Assembly (NCBI GenBank): GCA_028286865.1
Contig: JAQBQU010000017.1
Span: 14,395-78,394, forward strand
DNA from: Candidatus Kaiserbacteria bacterium
GTDB taxonomy: Bacteria; Patescibacteriota; Minisyncoccia; Phycocordibacterales; UBA2100
DNA: 64,000 nt
Direction: 5' to 3'
The notes beneath the pieces were generated by a model. The model was not told where the DNA came from and did no database searches. It worked only from the letters and a program-made list of their open reading frames with translations. Of this stretch, positions 31,383-41,797 are shown piece after piece; positions within the stretch are counted from its first letter, which is position 1; every line of letters starts with the position of its first letter. Made by a program: the position numbers and the translations under genes.

Positions 31383-31538
31383 ATGACAATGGGACCGGAT
31401 AACGAAGACCGCGGAGTCGAAGGCGAGAAGGAAGAGATCGTCGTCGACGGCGAGCATATCGAGATACAAATGCCGCCGGCACTTGATGGTCTCGGGAATC
31501 CCGCGGCGCCCGAAGACGACATGGGTCACGACTCGTAA
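31383..31538 (+). CDS. Small acidic hypothetical protein (51 aa)
   Basis: MTMGPDNEDRGVEGEKEEIVVDGEHIEIQMPP...GHDS*; ends 1 nt before the next ATG. Confidence 0.55.
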   Translation: MTMGPDNEDRGVEGEKEEIVVDGEHIEIQMPPALDGLGNPAAPEDDMGHDS

Positions 31539-31539
31539 T

Positions 31540-32133
31540 ATGGCGGCGAAGAAAATATTTCTCCTCCTCGGGCATCCCGACAAAGTCGGCATGTGCAATG
31601 ATCTGGCCGACGCGTACGAGCGCTCCGCGAAAGCTGCGGGGCACACCGTAGATCGCATGGACCTCTCAAAGATGCAGTTCGATCCCATCATGCATCAGGG
31701 GTATCGCGCAATCCAGCCGCTCGAGCCGGATCTCGTGCGCTTTCAGGAGCTCGTGAAAGGCTGCGATCATTTTGTGGTCATACACCCCATCTGGTGGGTG
31801 GGTATGCCGGCCCTTTTGAAGGGAGTATTCGATCGTGCATGGTTGCCGGGTTCAGCATTTCGATACATCAAAACAAGCGCCGGAGCGCGCACTATCTTTT
31901 GGCACCGGCTTTTTCGCGGGAAGACCGCACGCATCATTGTGACGAGCGGCACCCAGCCACTGCTCGTGAGATTCCTTCCGGGCAATGTGAATGCTCAGCT
32001 CAAATGGGGAATATTATGGTTCGCAGGATTCAAAACGCGCACGACCTGGTTTGGCCCGGCAGAAAATGTTCCGGAGGAGAAGAAGGCACACTGGATACAA
32101 GTGGTTGAAAAGTTGGGGAACAAGGGAATATAA
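31540..32133 (+). CDS. NAD(P)H-dependent oxidoreductase (flavodoxin-like fold)
   Basis: LGHP, FDP, LEPDL, PIWWVGMPALLKGVFDR. Confidence 0.9.
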   Translation: MAAKKIFLLLGHPDKVGMCNDLADAYERSAKAAGHTVDRMDLSKMQFDPIMHQGYRAIQPLEPDLVRFQELVKGCDHFVVIHPIWWVGMPALLKGVFDRAWLPGSAFRYIKTSAGARTIFWHRLFRGKTARIIVTSGTQPLLVRFLPGNVNAQLKWGILWFAGFKTRTTWFGPAENVPEEKKAHWIQVVEKLGNKGI

Positions 32134-32190
32134 GAGGTATTTCAGCGGGCCAATGGCATAAACGCGCTTTTTCGGCTAGTATGGTCCCTT

Positions 32191-33291
32191 ATGTCACTCT
32201 CTATCGGTATCGTCGGTCTTCCCAACGTCGGCAAATCGACGCTTTTCTCTGCATTGACCAAAAAGCAGGTGCTTATCGCCAATTATCCTTTTGCGACCAT
32301 CGATCCGTCGGTCGGCGTCGTGGCAGTGCCCGATAATCGACTCGACTCACTCGCGAAGATGTCGAGTTCAGAAAAAGTTGTCCCGGCGATTGTAGAATTC
32401 GTCGATATCGCAGGGCTCGTGAAGGGGGCAAGCGAAGGAGAAGGTCTCGGCAATCAATTCCTACAGAACATCCGGGAGTGCGATGCGATCGCCGAAGTGG
32501 TTCGTCTCTTTGATGATGAGGACGTGCATCACGTATCAGGTAATGTCGATCCGCTGCACGATATCGAGATCATCGATATGGAACTCGTCCTCGCCGATCT
32601 TGAAAGCGCCGAGAAGCGTCTCGATCGGGTCGAGCGTGATTCAAAGGGCGGCGATAAGGCACTGCTCGCGGAGCGCGACGCACTTTTGAAGATCGTGCCG
32701 TTGCTCAAAGACGGTAAGCCTGCGCGCGCAGCATCACTCGATGAAAAGGACCTTGAGGCCGTCAAAGCGCTTCACTTGCTCACCCTCAAACCGCTTTTGT
32801 ACGTACTCAACAGAAAAGCGGGCACGGTAAACATCGATGCCGAAAATGGCGAGCGCTGGCGAGAACTCCAGTCGTTCTTCGAGCGCACCAATTCGCAGTA
32901 TGTAATTGTCGATGCCGGCGTCGAGCACGAACTCTCCGAAGTACACGATGACGAGCGCATGGATTTCCGCCGTGAGCTCGGTGTCAACGATGATGGTATT
33001 GATTTGCTCATCAAGGGCGGTTATCGACTTCTCAATTTAATATCCTTCTTCACTACAGGGGAGAAGGAAACGCGCGCATGGACCATCAAGCGGGGAGATA
33101 CCGCACCGGTGGCGGGTGCCGCAATTCACACTGATTTTAAAGATAAATTCATACGCGCCGAGGTCATCCACTGGGATACGCTTTTGGAAGACGGGTCATG
33201 GGGCAAAGCGAAAGAAAAAGGGCACGTACGTGCCGAAGGCAAAGAGTATGTCGTTGAAGACGGCGACGTAATGGAATTCCGCCACTCCTAA
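32191..33291 (+). CDS. ychF: Redox-regulated ATPase YchF
   Basis: GLPNVGKST, NYPFATIDP, DIAGLVKGAS.GEGLGNQFL, IHTDF. Confidence 0.97.
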   Translation: MSLSIGIVGLPNVGKSTLFSALTKKQVLIANYPFATIDPSVGVVAVPDNRLDSLAKMSSSEKVVPAIVEFVDIAGLVKGASEGEGLGNQFLQNIRECDAIAEVVRLFDDEDVHHVSGNVDPLHDIEIIDMELVLADLESAEKRLDRVERDSKGGDKALLAERDALLKIVPLLKDGKPARAASLDEKDLEAVKALHLLTLKPLLYVLNRKAGTVNIDAENGERWRELQSFFERTNSQYVIVDAGVEHELSEVHDDERMDFRRELGVNDDGIDLLIKGGYRLLNLISFFTTGEKETRAWTIKRGDTAPVAGAAIHTDFKDKFIRAEVIHWDTLLEDGSWGKAKEKGHVRAEGKEYVVEDGDVMEFRHS

Positions 33292-33293
33292 AT

Positions 33294-33324
33294 AAAAAAC
33301 CCCGGGGAATGCCCCGGGGTTTTC
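33294..33324. terminator. Bidirectional intrinsic terminator
   Basis: AAAAAACCCCGGGG-AATG-CCCCGGGGTTTT. Confidence 0.85.
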
Positions 33325-33350
33325 TCGAATGACCATGTGGTCCGAAAGAT

Positions 33351-33848
33351 CTAGACGCGGCATTCCTGCCGAAGGACCGGACGAATGTCGATCGCGCGGA
33401 CGTTTCTTGCCGTCGCCCACAGTATCGCTGTCGGATCGAATTCCTTATTCGGTGCGGGAATAAAGGCGAAGACGAAGCCGGGTTTACTGATGACGCGAAT
33501 GGCGCCACGGGTCGCTTCTTTGAGCTGCTCCGCCTGAGACTTTGCGGCTTCGACGTCCCACTTGCGTGTGGTGCCGCAGAAGCCGTTATTCCACGCTTCG
33601 AGATCGAGCGGCTTCTTCGGCGGCACCATCGGCGATAGGATCGGCTTCACGCCCTTCTCGATCGTAATCCGCATGCACTTCGCACGCGCAGGGACTTCCA
33701 GAGATTCGACGTAAGACGACCTGCCATGCCAGAAGCCGAATTTCCGCAGTGAAGGATTCCAGGAATAAAACGAACCGCTCAGAGCTGGCACTGGTGTGCG
33801 AGCAGCGGACGAATCGGCGGGAATTGCTATACGAAGCACTGTCTGCAA
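33351..33848 (-). CDS. Hypothetical protein
   Basis: TTG start after GGAGG SD; TTGACA-N17-CAAAGT promoter. Confidence 0.6.
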   Translation of the reverse strand: MQTVLRIAIPADSSAARTPVPALSGSFYSWNPSLRKFGFWHGRSSYVESLEVPARAKCMRITIEKGVKPILSPMVPPKKPLDLEAWNNGFCGTTRKWDVEAAKSQAEQLKEATRGAIRVISKPGFVFAFIPAPNKEFDPTAILWATARNVRAIDIRPVLRQECRV

Positions 33849-33971
33849 GGCTTTCCTCCATGTATTGCCCGCCTTTGCGGGTCAGGCCACAACGACCTCG
33901 GGATACTTTGCTATACGGATCTATATATGTCAACAGTAGGCGATTTATGGGCGACTGCTACAATAATCCTC

Positions 33972-34934
33972 ATGAATACACATAAAGTAACCCCTAAGGA
34001 TTTCTTCCTCTGGGCCGGGGCGATGATCGCGTTCTACGTGAGCATGTTCTCCTTTATTACGCTTCTGTTCGAATACATTAATAATGCATACCCGGACGCT
34101 TTGAGCTACGGCTATACCGATCCGTACTCCGGTGCAATCCGGTTCGCGATCGCATCGCTCATCGTGCTTTTCCCGGTATTTCTCATCCTTATGCGCGTGA
34201 TCCGCAACGACATCCAGAAACATTCGGAAAAGAAGGATCTCTGGGTCCGTCGCTGGGCGCTCTTCCTCACGGTCTTTATCGCAGGAGCTGCTGTCGCGAT
34301 CGACCTCATCACCCTCGTGAACTCGTTCCTCGGCGGTGAACTTTCGACACGCTTCGTTCTGAAGGTCGTCGTGATCCTGCTCGTGGCAGGCGGGACATTC
34401 CTGCACTTCATGGCGGATGTGTGGGGCTACTGGCTCTTGTTCCCGAAGAAAGCGCGCAGTGTCGGCTATGCGGCAGCGCTCGTAGTGCTCCTTACGATCA
34501 TCGCCGGATTCTTTATCATGGGCTCGCCGTCGCAGGTACGTATGTATCGCTTTGACGACCAGAAGGTGAGCGACCTCACCAATCTTCAATGGCAGATCGT
34601 CAATTACTATCAGCAGAAGGGAGCTCTTCCGGCGGACCTCTCGATGTTGCAGGATCCTATCTCCGGATACCAGGTTCCGACCGATCCGCAGACCGGCAAC
34701 CCATACGCGTACCGCGTGACGACCGCTCCATACTCGTTCGAAATGTGTGCCGACTTCAATGCGACAAGCGACCATTCGGCGATCGCCGCACCCGTGAAAG
34801 CACCGCAGGCCCATGTAGGCGGTTCTATCGAGAATTCAACATGGACACACGATGCAGGAAGTACCTGCTTCGAGCGAACCATCGATCCGCAGATGTACCC
34901 GGTCTTCAACAAGAACGCCACGATCACTAATTAA
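33972..34934 (+). CDS. DUF5671-like membrane protein with pilin-like C-terminus
   Basis: TPKDFFL, IRFAIASLIV.FP, GSP...R..RFD..KV.DL, DPQTG.PY.Y, FEMCA.F. Confidence 0.75.
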   Translation: MNTHKVTPKDFFLWAGAMIAFYVSMFSFITLLFEYINNAYPDALSYGYTDPYSGAIRFAIASLIVLFPVFLILMRVIRNDIQKHSEKKDLWVRRWALFLTVFIAGAAVAIDLITLVNSFLGGELSTRFVLKVVVILLVAGGTFLHFMADVWGYWLLFPKKARSVGYAAALVVLLTIIAGFFIMGSPSQVRMYRFDDQKVSDLTNLQWQIVNYYQQKGALPADLSMLQDPISGYQVPTDPQTGNPYAYRVTTAPYSFEMCADFNATSDHSAIAAPVKAPQAHVGGSIENSTWTHDAGSTCFERTIDPQMYPVFNKNATITN

Positions 34935-34978
34935 GCCGTCTTTTGCGCACGTACTGCACATGGTACGCTGGTACGACC

Positions 34979-37906
34979 ATGCAGTACGACCATAAGAAAA
35001 TTGAGAAAAAGTGGCAGGATATCTGGGCACAGAACAAGATCTATACCACACCGGATTCTGCTCCCGGCAAAGAAAATTTCTACCTCCTCGTCGAGTTCCC
35101 GTATCCGTCGGGCAATCTGCACGTGGGACACTGGTACGCATTCGCGGTGCCGGATATTTTGGCGCGTTTCCAGCGCATGCAAGGAAAGAACGTTCTCTAT
35201 CCTATCGGCTTCGACGCGTTCGGGCTTCCTGCGGAAAATGCGGCTATCAAGAATAAAGTGAATCCGCGCACGTGGACCGACGGCAACATCAAGTTTATGA
35301 AAGGTCAGATCGAATCGATGGGAACATCGTTCGACTGGTCGCGCGAAGTAGCGACGTACACTCCCGAATACTACAAGTGGACGCAGTGGCTTTTCCTGCA
35401 GCTCTATCAGAAAGGATTGGTCTATCAGAAAGAGACGGCGGTCAACTGGTGCCCGAATGATAAGACCGTGCTCGCCAACGAGCAGGTCGTCGACGGCAAG
35501 TGTGAGCGATGCGGACACGTAGTCGAGCAGCGGCAGATGCTGCAGTGGAATATCAAGATCACCGACTACGCAGACCGTCTTATCGACGATCTCGAGCCCC
35601 TCGATTGGCCGAATGAAATAAAGGAATCCCAAAAGAACTGGATCGGCCGCAGCGAGGGGGCGGAGATCGATTTTCAAGTTGTATTTGGAGAAAGCGATAT
35701 AAAATACAACTATATTTTTCTACACGGAAAAGGTGGTTCGCCGGAATCTGATTTCTGGCCGTGGCTCAAAGTACAGCTTGAGCGAAGAGGGCATCGCGTA
35801 CAAGCGCCGGCAATGCCGAACCCTGCAGACCCGAGTGATGAGGAGCAGGCGGATCATGTACAAAAAAATTGCACATTCGATGAGCATACAATTTTGCTCG
35901 GTCATTCCTTCGGTGGCATCGTGGCGCTTCGCCTTCTCGAGCGAGGTGTAAAGGTGGAGGCCGTCACGTTGATCGGTACACCGACGAGCGGTGTTTATCT
36001 CGATGGAAAAGATCGTCCATCAGTTACAAAGGCGGCTCAAAAGGGATTTAATTCAGAGAAGATCAATGCAAGTTCAAAACGAATCGTGTTGCTTTATGAT
36101 ACCAATGATCATGTGGTGCCGCTGTCGGACGGGGAAGCTCTAGTAAAACAGATCGGTGGACATTTCTTTACCGCAAAAGCGGAGAAGTCCCACTTTAATG
36201 CAAAGATCGAGCCCGAAGTACTTAGATACGCCGACCCGACCCTCACAGTCTTTACAACGCGTCCCGATACACTTTTCGGAGCCACGTATCTCGTACTCGC
36301 ACCCGAGCATCCATGGGTGACACTCGCGCTCGGGCATAAGACCGTACTTGAGAATAACGATGAAGTTGCCTCCTATGTGGACCGCACGCAGAAGATGTCG
36401 GACATGGACCGACAGACCACCAAAGAAAAAACCGGCGCACAGCTTAAAGGTGTGATGGCGATCAATCCTGCGACCAATGAAAAGATCCCGATGTTCATCG
36501 CGGATTACGTGCTTCCGCAATACGGTACCGGCGCCATCATGGCAGTGCCTGCACACGATGAGCGTGACTATGAATTCGCGAAGAAATTTGGTCTGCCGAT
36601 CAGACAGGTCGTTTCATCGGATTCTGATCTGCCGTATACCGGCACCGGGACGATCATGAATTCGGCCTCGTATGATGGGCTTTCGATAGAAGATGCAAAG
36701 AAGATGATGATAGAGGCGTACGGCAGACGCAAAACGACTTTCCGTCTTCGCGACTGGATCGTATCGCGCCAAAGGTATTGGGGTGTGCCGATACCAATGA
36801 TCCACTGTGAGAAATGTGGTGCTCAGCCGGTTCCTGATGCACATCTGCCGGTCGTACTTCCTGATGTCGAAGATTATCTTCCGGAAGGCTCAGGCAAATC
36901 ACCGCTCGCCAAGGTGGATTCGTTCGTGAATGTGAAGTGTCCGAAGTGCGGCGGCGCAGCGAAGCGCGAGACCGATACGCTCGATACGTTCGTCGATTCT
37001 TCGTGGTACTTCTTGCGCTATACCGATCCGAAAAATGCTGTTGAATTTGCATCGCGTGAGAAGCAGGACGCATGGTTGCCGGTGGATCTGTATTCCGGCG
37101 GCGCAGAGCACACGACGATGCATTTGCTCTATAGCCGTTTCTGGCACAAAGCGCTCTATGATATCGGGCTTGTAAAAGATCCGGAGCCGTATAAGCGCCG
37201 CATGAATCGCAGTCTCATCATGGGTCCCGACGGCCAGAAGATGAGCAAATCCCGCGGCAACGTCATCGATCCCGATGAGGTAGTGAATATGCTCGGGGCC
37301 GACACCGTGCGAATGTACCTGGCATTTATCGGCCCGTACGCAGAGGTTGCCAGCTATCCGTGGAATCCCGACGGGGTTGTCGGCGTACGTCGATTCTTGG
37401 AGCGCGTGGCCCGTGCCGAAGAATATGTACAAGCCGAGGATGTCGCATCGCTCAACGGCCCGCTTCACAAAGCGATCAAGAAGATCGGCGAGGATATAAC
37501 GTTGATGAAATTCAATACCGGCATCTCGCAACTGATGATCCTGCAGAATGCGATAGAGAAAGATAAGAAAATAGAAAAAGCGCAGTTCTCGACGATGCTG
37601 CAGTTGCTCGCACCGTTCGCGCCACACATCACAGAAGAACTCTGGAACAAGCTCGGCAACGAGTCTTCAATTCATACGCAGCCGTGGCCCGCATTCGATG
37701 CAAAATATCTGGTGGATGACGAGGTGGTCATTGCGGTGCAGATCGACGGCAAGACACGAGGCGAATTCACGATCGCGAGCGATGCCGACAAAGCTGCCGT
37801 AGAAGCCGCTGCAAAAGCAGCGGTCGCCGCACGGCTCGACGGGAAGACGATCTCGCGCACGATCGTGGTACCCAAGCGCCTCGTCAACTTTGTTCTCGAA
37901 GCTTAG
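34979..37906 (+). CDS. leuS: Leucine--tRNA ligase with inserted alpha/beta-hydrolase domain
   Basis: FPYPSG.LHVGH, FTTRPDT, GTGAIMAVPAHD, KMSKS; insert with HG...GHSFGG. Confidence 0.96.
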   Translation: MQYDHKKIEKKWQDIWAQNKIYTTPDSAPGKENFYLLVEFPYPSGNLHVGHWYAFAVPDILARFQRMQGKNVLYPIGFDAFGLPAENAAIKNKVNPRTWTDGNIKFMKGQIESMGTSFDWSREVATYTPEYYKWTQWLFLQLYQKGLVYQKETAVNWCPNDKTVLANEQVVDGKCERCGHVVEQRQMLQWNIKITDYADRLIDDLEPLDWPNEIKESQKNWIGRSEGAEIDFQVVFGESDIKYNYIFLHGKGGSPESDFWPWLKVQLERRGHRVQAPAMPNPADPSDEEQADHVQKNCTFDEHTILLGHSFGGIVALRLLERGVKVEAVTLIGTPTSGVYLDGKDRPSVTKAAQKGFNSEKINASSKRIVLLYDTNDHVVPLSDGEALVKQIGGHFFTAKAEKSHFNAKIEPEVLRYADPTLTVFTTRPDTLFGATYLVLAPEHPWVTLALGHKTVLENNDEVASYVDRTQKMSDMDRQTTKEKTGAQLKGVMAINPATNEKIPMFIADYVLPQYGTGAIMAVPAHDERDYEFAKKFGLPIRQVVSSDSDLPYTGTGTIMNSASYDGLSIEDAKKMMIEAYGRRKTTFRLRDWIVSRQRYWGVPIPMIHCEKCGAQPVPDAHLPVVLPDVEDYLPEGSGKSPLAKVDSFVNVKCPKCGGAAKRETDTLDTFVDSSWYFLRYTDPKNAVEFASREKQDAWLPVDLYSGGAEHTTMHLLYSRFWHKALYDIGLVKDPEPYKRRMNRSLIMGPDGQKMSKSRGNVIDPDEVVNMLGADTVRMYLAFIGPYAEVASYPWNPDGVVGVRRFLERVARAEEYVQAEDVASLNGPLHKAIKKIGEDITLMKFNTGISQLMILQNAIEKDKKIEKAQFSTMLQLLAPFAPHITEELWNKLGNESSIHTQPWPAFDAKYLVDDEVVIAVQIDGKTRGEFTIASDADKAAVEAAAKAAVAARLDGKTISRTIVVPKRLVNFVLEA

Positions 37907-39363
37907 CGTTTTACTACCTCGACTCCGGCGGCACCGTCCTTAATGTCGTAGCCCATTTCTGCGATCTTCGAACGCAGCTCATCTGCTTTTGCAAAATCTT
38001 TGTTCGATCGGGCCTCTTCTCTCTCGTCTATCAGAAGTGCGACGTCGCTCGGCACGTCGGCGATCTTGATCGTGTCTTTCACAAAAAGTTTCAATGTCTC
38101 CGGATCAGCGAGTCCGAGACCCAATATCTTGTCGGCGTCGCGGATCCCCGCAGCTATATCTTCTTTGGAAAGCGATTCATCTTTTGTCATCTCCCACAGG
38201 ACCGCAAGCGCTCCCGGTGTATCGAGGTCGTCATTCATGCGCTCAATAAAGCGGGTCTGATATGTTCCCGGGATCACACCGCCTTCTGCCGAAGCGAATG
38301 CGGCAAGTCGTGAGAGGGCAGTGGCCGATCCGGTCAGCGCTTCCCATGAGAAGTTCGACGACGTGCGGTAATGGGCTCCCAAGAATAGATAGCGGAGCGC
38401 CTGAGGCTGATATCCCTTTTCTACGATCTCGGAGAGATATACGACATTGCCGCCCGATTTGGCGATCTTTTTGCTCTCGATCTGTACGTGCGCGCGGTGC
38501 ATCCAAAAGCGGGAGAGCGGACGCTTGCCGGTCACGGCCTCGGACTGTGCGATCTCATTATTGTGATGCACGGGGATGTGTTCGATCCCGCCCGTATGAA
38601 TATCGATCTGCTCACCGAGCGTCTTGCGTATCATGGCCGAACACTCGATGTGCCACCCCGGGAATCCCTGGCCAAAAGGCGACGGCCATCCGAGCTTCTT
38701 GTCGAGCTTCCAGAGCGCAAAGTCCGAAGGATGGCGCTTGCCCTCGACGGTCGCTACACGCGCTCCCTCTTTGAGGCCTTCGAGGTCTATACCGCCAAGT
38801 GCTCCGTAATTGCCGAAACGCGTCGTATCGTAATACACGCCGTCGAGGGTTCGATAGGCATAGCCTTTTTGTTCGAGTGTCTCCACCATCGCGATCTGGG
38901 TCGAAATATAATCGCTCGCGCGCGGGAAATTGATCTTCGAAATATCGATGTTGAGCGTCTCAAGGTCCTTCTTGAAAATATCCGTGTACTCGTCCGCCAA
39001 AAGTCGCATATTCTCCAGCGTGAGTTTCATCTTCCGTTGCTTGAGGCCTTTGGTCATTTTGTCCTCACCTTCGTCGCCGTCAGAAACCAAATGGCCGACG
39101 TCGGTGATATTGATGACCTGCTTCACTTGGAAATTGTTGTACTCGAGCGTCTTGCGCAAAAGGTCCGCAAAGACGAACATCGAAAGATTACCGATATGCT
39201 GGCGTCCGTATACGGTCGGGCCGCAGTTGTACATACGTACGGAATTCGCGACCGGAGGCAATGTGAAAAGCTGCTTCTCTTTACTGAGCGTGTTGTAGAA
39301 ATAAACGGGCCTCTCAGACGATGCGTGCGAAGGTGAGGCCTTTTTCGAGAACGGCCACATCAT
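37903..39363 (-). CDS. cysS: Cysteine--tRNA ligase
   Basis: CGPTVY, HIGN, DFALWK, PGWHIECSAM, HHNNEIAQ. Confidence 0.97.
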   Translation of the reverse strand: MMWPFSKKASPSHASSERPVYFYNTLSKEKQLFTLPPVANSVRMYNCGPTVYGRQHIGNLSMFVFADLLRKTLEYNNFQVKQVINITDVGHLVSDGDEGEDKMTKGLKQRKMKLTLENMRLLADEYTDIFKKDLETLNIDISKINFPRASDYISTQIAMVETLEQKGYAYRTLDGVYYDTTRFGNYGALGGIDLEGLKEGARVATVEGKRHPSDFALWKLDKKLGWPSPFGQGFPGWHIECSAMIRKTLGEQIDIHTGGIEHIPVHHNNEIAQSEAVTGKRPLSRFWMHRAHVQIESKKIAKSGGNVVYLSEIVEKGYQPQALRYLFLGAHYRTSSNFSWEALTGSATALSRLAAFASAEGGVIPGTYQTRFIERMNDDLDTPGALAVLWEMTKDESLSKEDIAAGIRDADKILGLGLADPETLKLFVKDTIKIADVPSDVALLIDEREEARSNKDFAKADELRSKIAEMGYDIKDGAAGVEVVKR

Positions 39364-39451
39364 ACCCCGTCACACGATACTGATAAAAAAATATCGTCAA
39401 AAAACAAATCGTGCATTTCCGAAGTATATTCGCAATGTTTCGTGTGGGGGG

Positions 39452-40369
39452 TCATAACCACTTCTTCTTTTTGAAGTACATGAACATCAGGAAGGATGTG
39501 AATGCCATAACGCCGATAATGATCCAGAATCCGTATTTAAGGTTCTCGAACGGATTCTCTACGGTATTGATATCGAATATCGCAGCCAGGAGCGAAAGCG
39601 GGAAGGTCACGAACGCGAGAATGGTGAATACTTTCATGGTCTCGTTCTGCCGTGTGGTGAGGAGCGAATTATTCGTCTCCCTCAGTTCATGCAGGGATTC
39701 GGTATGGCGCATGATGTGATTGTGGACGCGGTAGTAATCGGCTGAGAGCCCGCGCAGATACGGCAGGAATTCTTCGCCGAAGAATTTAGTGCCGTCTTCC
39801 TCGAGCGAACGGAGGGACTCGCGATGCGGCTCAATGGTCTGGCGAAGATTCAAAAGGTCGCGCGCGCTGCGCGATATCGCTTCCACCATTTCGACTTGCT
39901 CGTGCGAGAAGATATGGTCTTCGATCTCGCTGAGGTCATGGCGAACGTATTCGACCTCGTGCTCGATCGCTTTGTAGAGCTTCTTGAGCATATAGAAGAA
40001 GAGAAATCCCGCATGGTCCCCGATGGGACCCTTTTCGAGCATCGTGTTGACCTCGAACACTTTCGAGAACTTATGGAGCGGATCGACCGTATCGTAATGG
40101 GTCGTGACAATGAAATCTTTACCGACAATGAAATCCACCTCTTGTTCGCGGGATTTGTGCGAGTGTCGAAGCGCGGGGAAGTGGAGTACGAGATATATAT
40201 AGGTAGGGCGGAACTCGGTGCGCGGCTTGGCGGAAGGAAGCAGCAGCTCTTCCGCGATCAAGGGCTCTATGGCGAACTCGGTGGCGACGGCACGCACCTC
40301 GTCGCGGGTCGGGGATTCGAGGTCGACCCACAAAAGCCCGTTGTGCTCGTGTCGTGATTGCATCGGCAT
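39452..40369 (-). CDS. corA: CorA-family divalent cation transporter
   Basis: WVDL..PT..E, NETMKVFT, two C-terminal TMs; the GMN signature reads DIN. Confidence 0.85.
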   Translation of the reverse strand: MPMQSRHEHNGLLWVDLESPTRDEVRAVATEFAIEPLIAEELLLPSAKPRTEFRPTYIYLVLHFPALRHSHKSREQEVDFIVGKDFIVTTHYDTVDPLHKFSKVFEVNTMLEKGPIGDHAGFLFFYMLKKLYKAIEHEVEYVRHDLSEIEDHIFSHEQVEMVEAISRSARDLLNLRQTIEPHRESLRSLEEDGTKFFGEEFLPYLRGLSADYYRVHNHIMRHTESLHELRETNNSLLTTRQNETMKVFTILAFVTFPLSLLAAIFDINTVENPFENLKYGFWIIIGVMAFTSFLMFMYFKKKKWL

Positions 40370-40451
40370 ATTATACCTTGCTCCTCACATCGCGCATGCG
40401 CAGTGCGGTGATATTTGCAACACAACTTTCGCGTGCGATACTTCTGTGACT

Positions 40452-41723
40452 ATGCGTCCCAACAGCATCTCAACGACGGCGGCCTCGATCGGCGGCGCGG
40501 TACTCATCCTCATTTCGTTCGCCGGCGGCCTCGAACTCGGTACGCATCGCGCGGTCGCAGCAAGTGCCTCCGGTGCACCTGCAGGCGTGGATTTCTCTCC
40601 GGTCTGGAAATCGTGGGACTTGCTTAACAAGAATTTCGTACCCGCTGCGGTCGCGACATCGTCGCCTATCGCAACGACGACCGCCGCGCTTAATCAGCAG
40701 AAGGTATACGGCATGATCACCGGGCTCGCAGCATCGCTCAATGACCCGTACACATTCTTCTTCCCGCCGACGGAGAATAAGCAGTTCTCGTCGGACATGA
40801 GCGGCGTCTTCGAAGGTGTCGGCATGGAGATCGATGTGAAGGATCAAACGCTCGTCGTCGTGACTCCGCTCAAGGGTTCTCCGGCGGAGGCCGCCGGCAT
40901 CAAGGCGGGCGACCAGGTCCTGAAGATCAACGGCCAGGAGACGACCGGCATGGACGTCACGGCAGCGGTCAAGATCATCCGCGGTCCGAAGGGCTCGGTC
41001 GTCACGCTCACCATGATGCGCAGCGGTTGGACCGCGCCGAAAGAGATCAAAGTGACCCGCCAGGTGATCAATGTCCCCATCGTCGTCACTACAAAACGAC
41101 CGGACGGGGTATTTGTCATCTCGGTCTCGACCTTCACGTCCAATGCTCCCGATCTCTTCCGCGACGCATTGCGCGAATTCATTCAATCGGGCGATACCAA
41201 GCTCGTGCTCGACCTGCGCGGCAATCCGGGCGGCTACCTCGATGCGGCGGTTGATATCGCCAGCTGGTTCTTGCCTTCAGGCGCTATCGTCGTGACGGAA
41301 GATTATGCAGGACACCAGACCAATATCATTCATCGTTCGTCAGGCTATAACGTATTCAACAGCAATCTCAAAATGGTCATCCTGGTCAACAAAGGTTCAG
41401 CATCGGCATCAGAGATCCTTACGGATGCGCTTCGCTATTACAAGGTCGGCGTATCGGTCGGTACCAACACCTTCGGCAAAGGGGTGGTGCAGGAACTCTT
41501 CGATGTGACCCCGGAGACCTCGATCAAGATCACGGTCGCCCGATGGCTCGGTCCCGACGGTTTCCAAATACCGCACGCAGGACTGACTCCCGATGTGCAG
41601 CAGGATGTGACCGACGAGGATATCAAAGCAGGCAAGGACCCGCAGATGGCACGAGCCGTCCAGATACTCACGGGTGTCGCGCCGGTTTCGGCAACATCCA
41701 CTGCGACCTCCACACACCAATAG
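40452..41723 (+). CDS. S41 C-terminal processing peptidase (PDZ)
   Basis: DPYT, FEGVG, DLRGNPGG, SASASE, TFGKG. Confidence 0.93.
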   Translation: MRPNSISTTAASIGGAVLILISFAGGLELGTHRAVAASASGAPAGVDFSPVWKSWDLLNKNFVPAAVATSSPIATTTAALNQQKVYGMITGLAASLNDPYTFFFPPTENKQFSSDMSGVFEGVGMEIDVKDQTLVVVTPLKGSPAEAAGIKAGDQVLKINGQETTGMDVTAAVKIIRGPKGSVVTLTMMRSGWTAPKEIKVTRQVINVPIVVTTKRPDGVFVISVSTFTSNAPDLFRDALREFIQSGDTKLVLDLRGNPGGYLDAAVDIASWFLPSGAIVVTEDYAGHQTNIIHRSSGYNVFNSNLKMVILVNKGSASASEILTDALRYYKVGVSVGTNTFGKGVVQELFDVTPETSIKITVARWLGPDGFQIPHAGLTPDVQQDVTDEDIKAGKDPQMARAVQILTGVAPVSATSTATSTHQ

Positions 41724-41730
41724 CGACCAC

Positions 41731-41764
41731 AAAAAGCGGGCGGCATCATGCCGCCCGCTTTTTT
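41731..41764 (+). terminator. Intrinsic terminator
   Basis: AAAAAGCGGGCGGC-ATCAT-GCCGCCCGCTTTTTT. Confidence 0.85.
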
Positions 41765-41797
41765 GTTTGGAAATCGATATGGGTGTAGGATGAATAG

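Noticed and set aside
35678-36236. Intein in LeuS
   Set aside because: No Cys/Ser start, His-Asn end or LAGLIDADG motifs; the insert is an alpha/beta hydrolase
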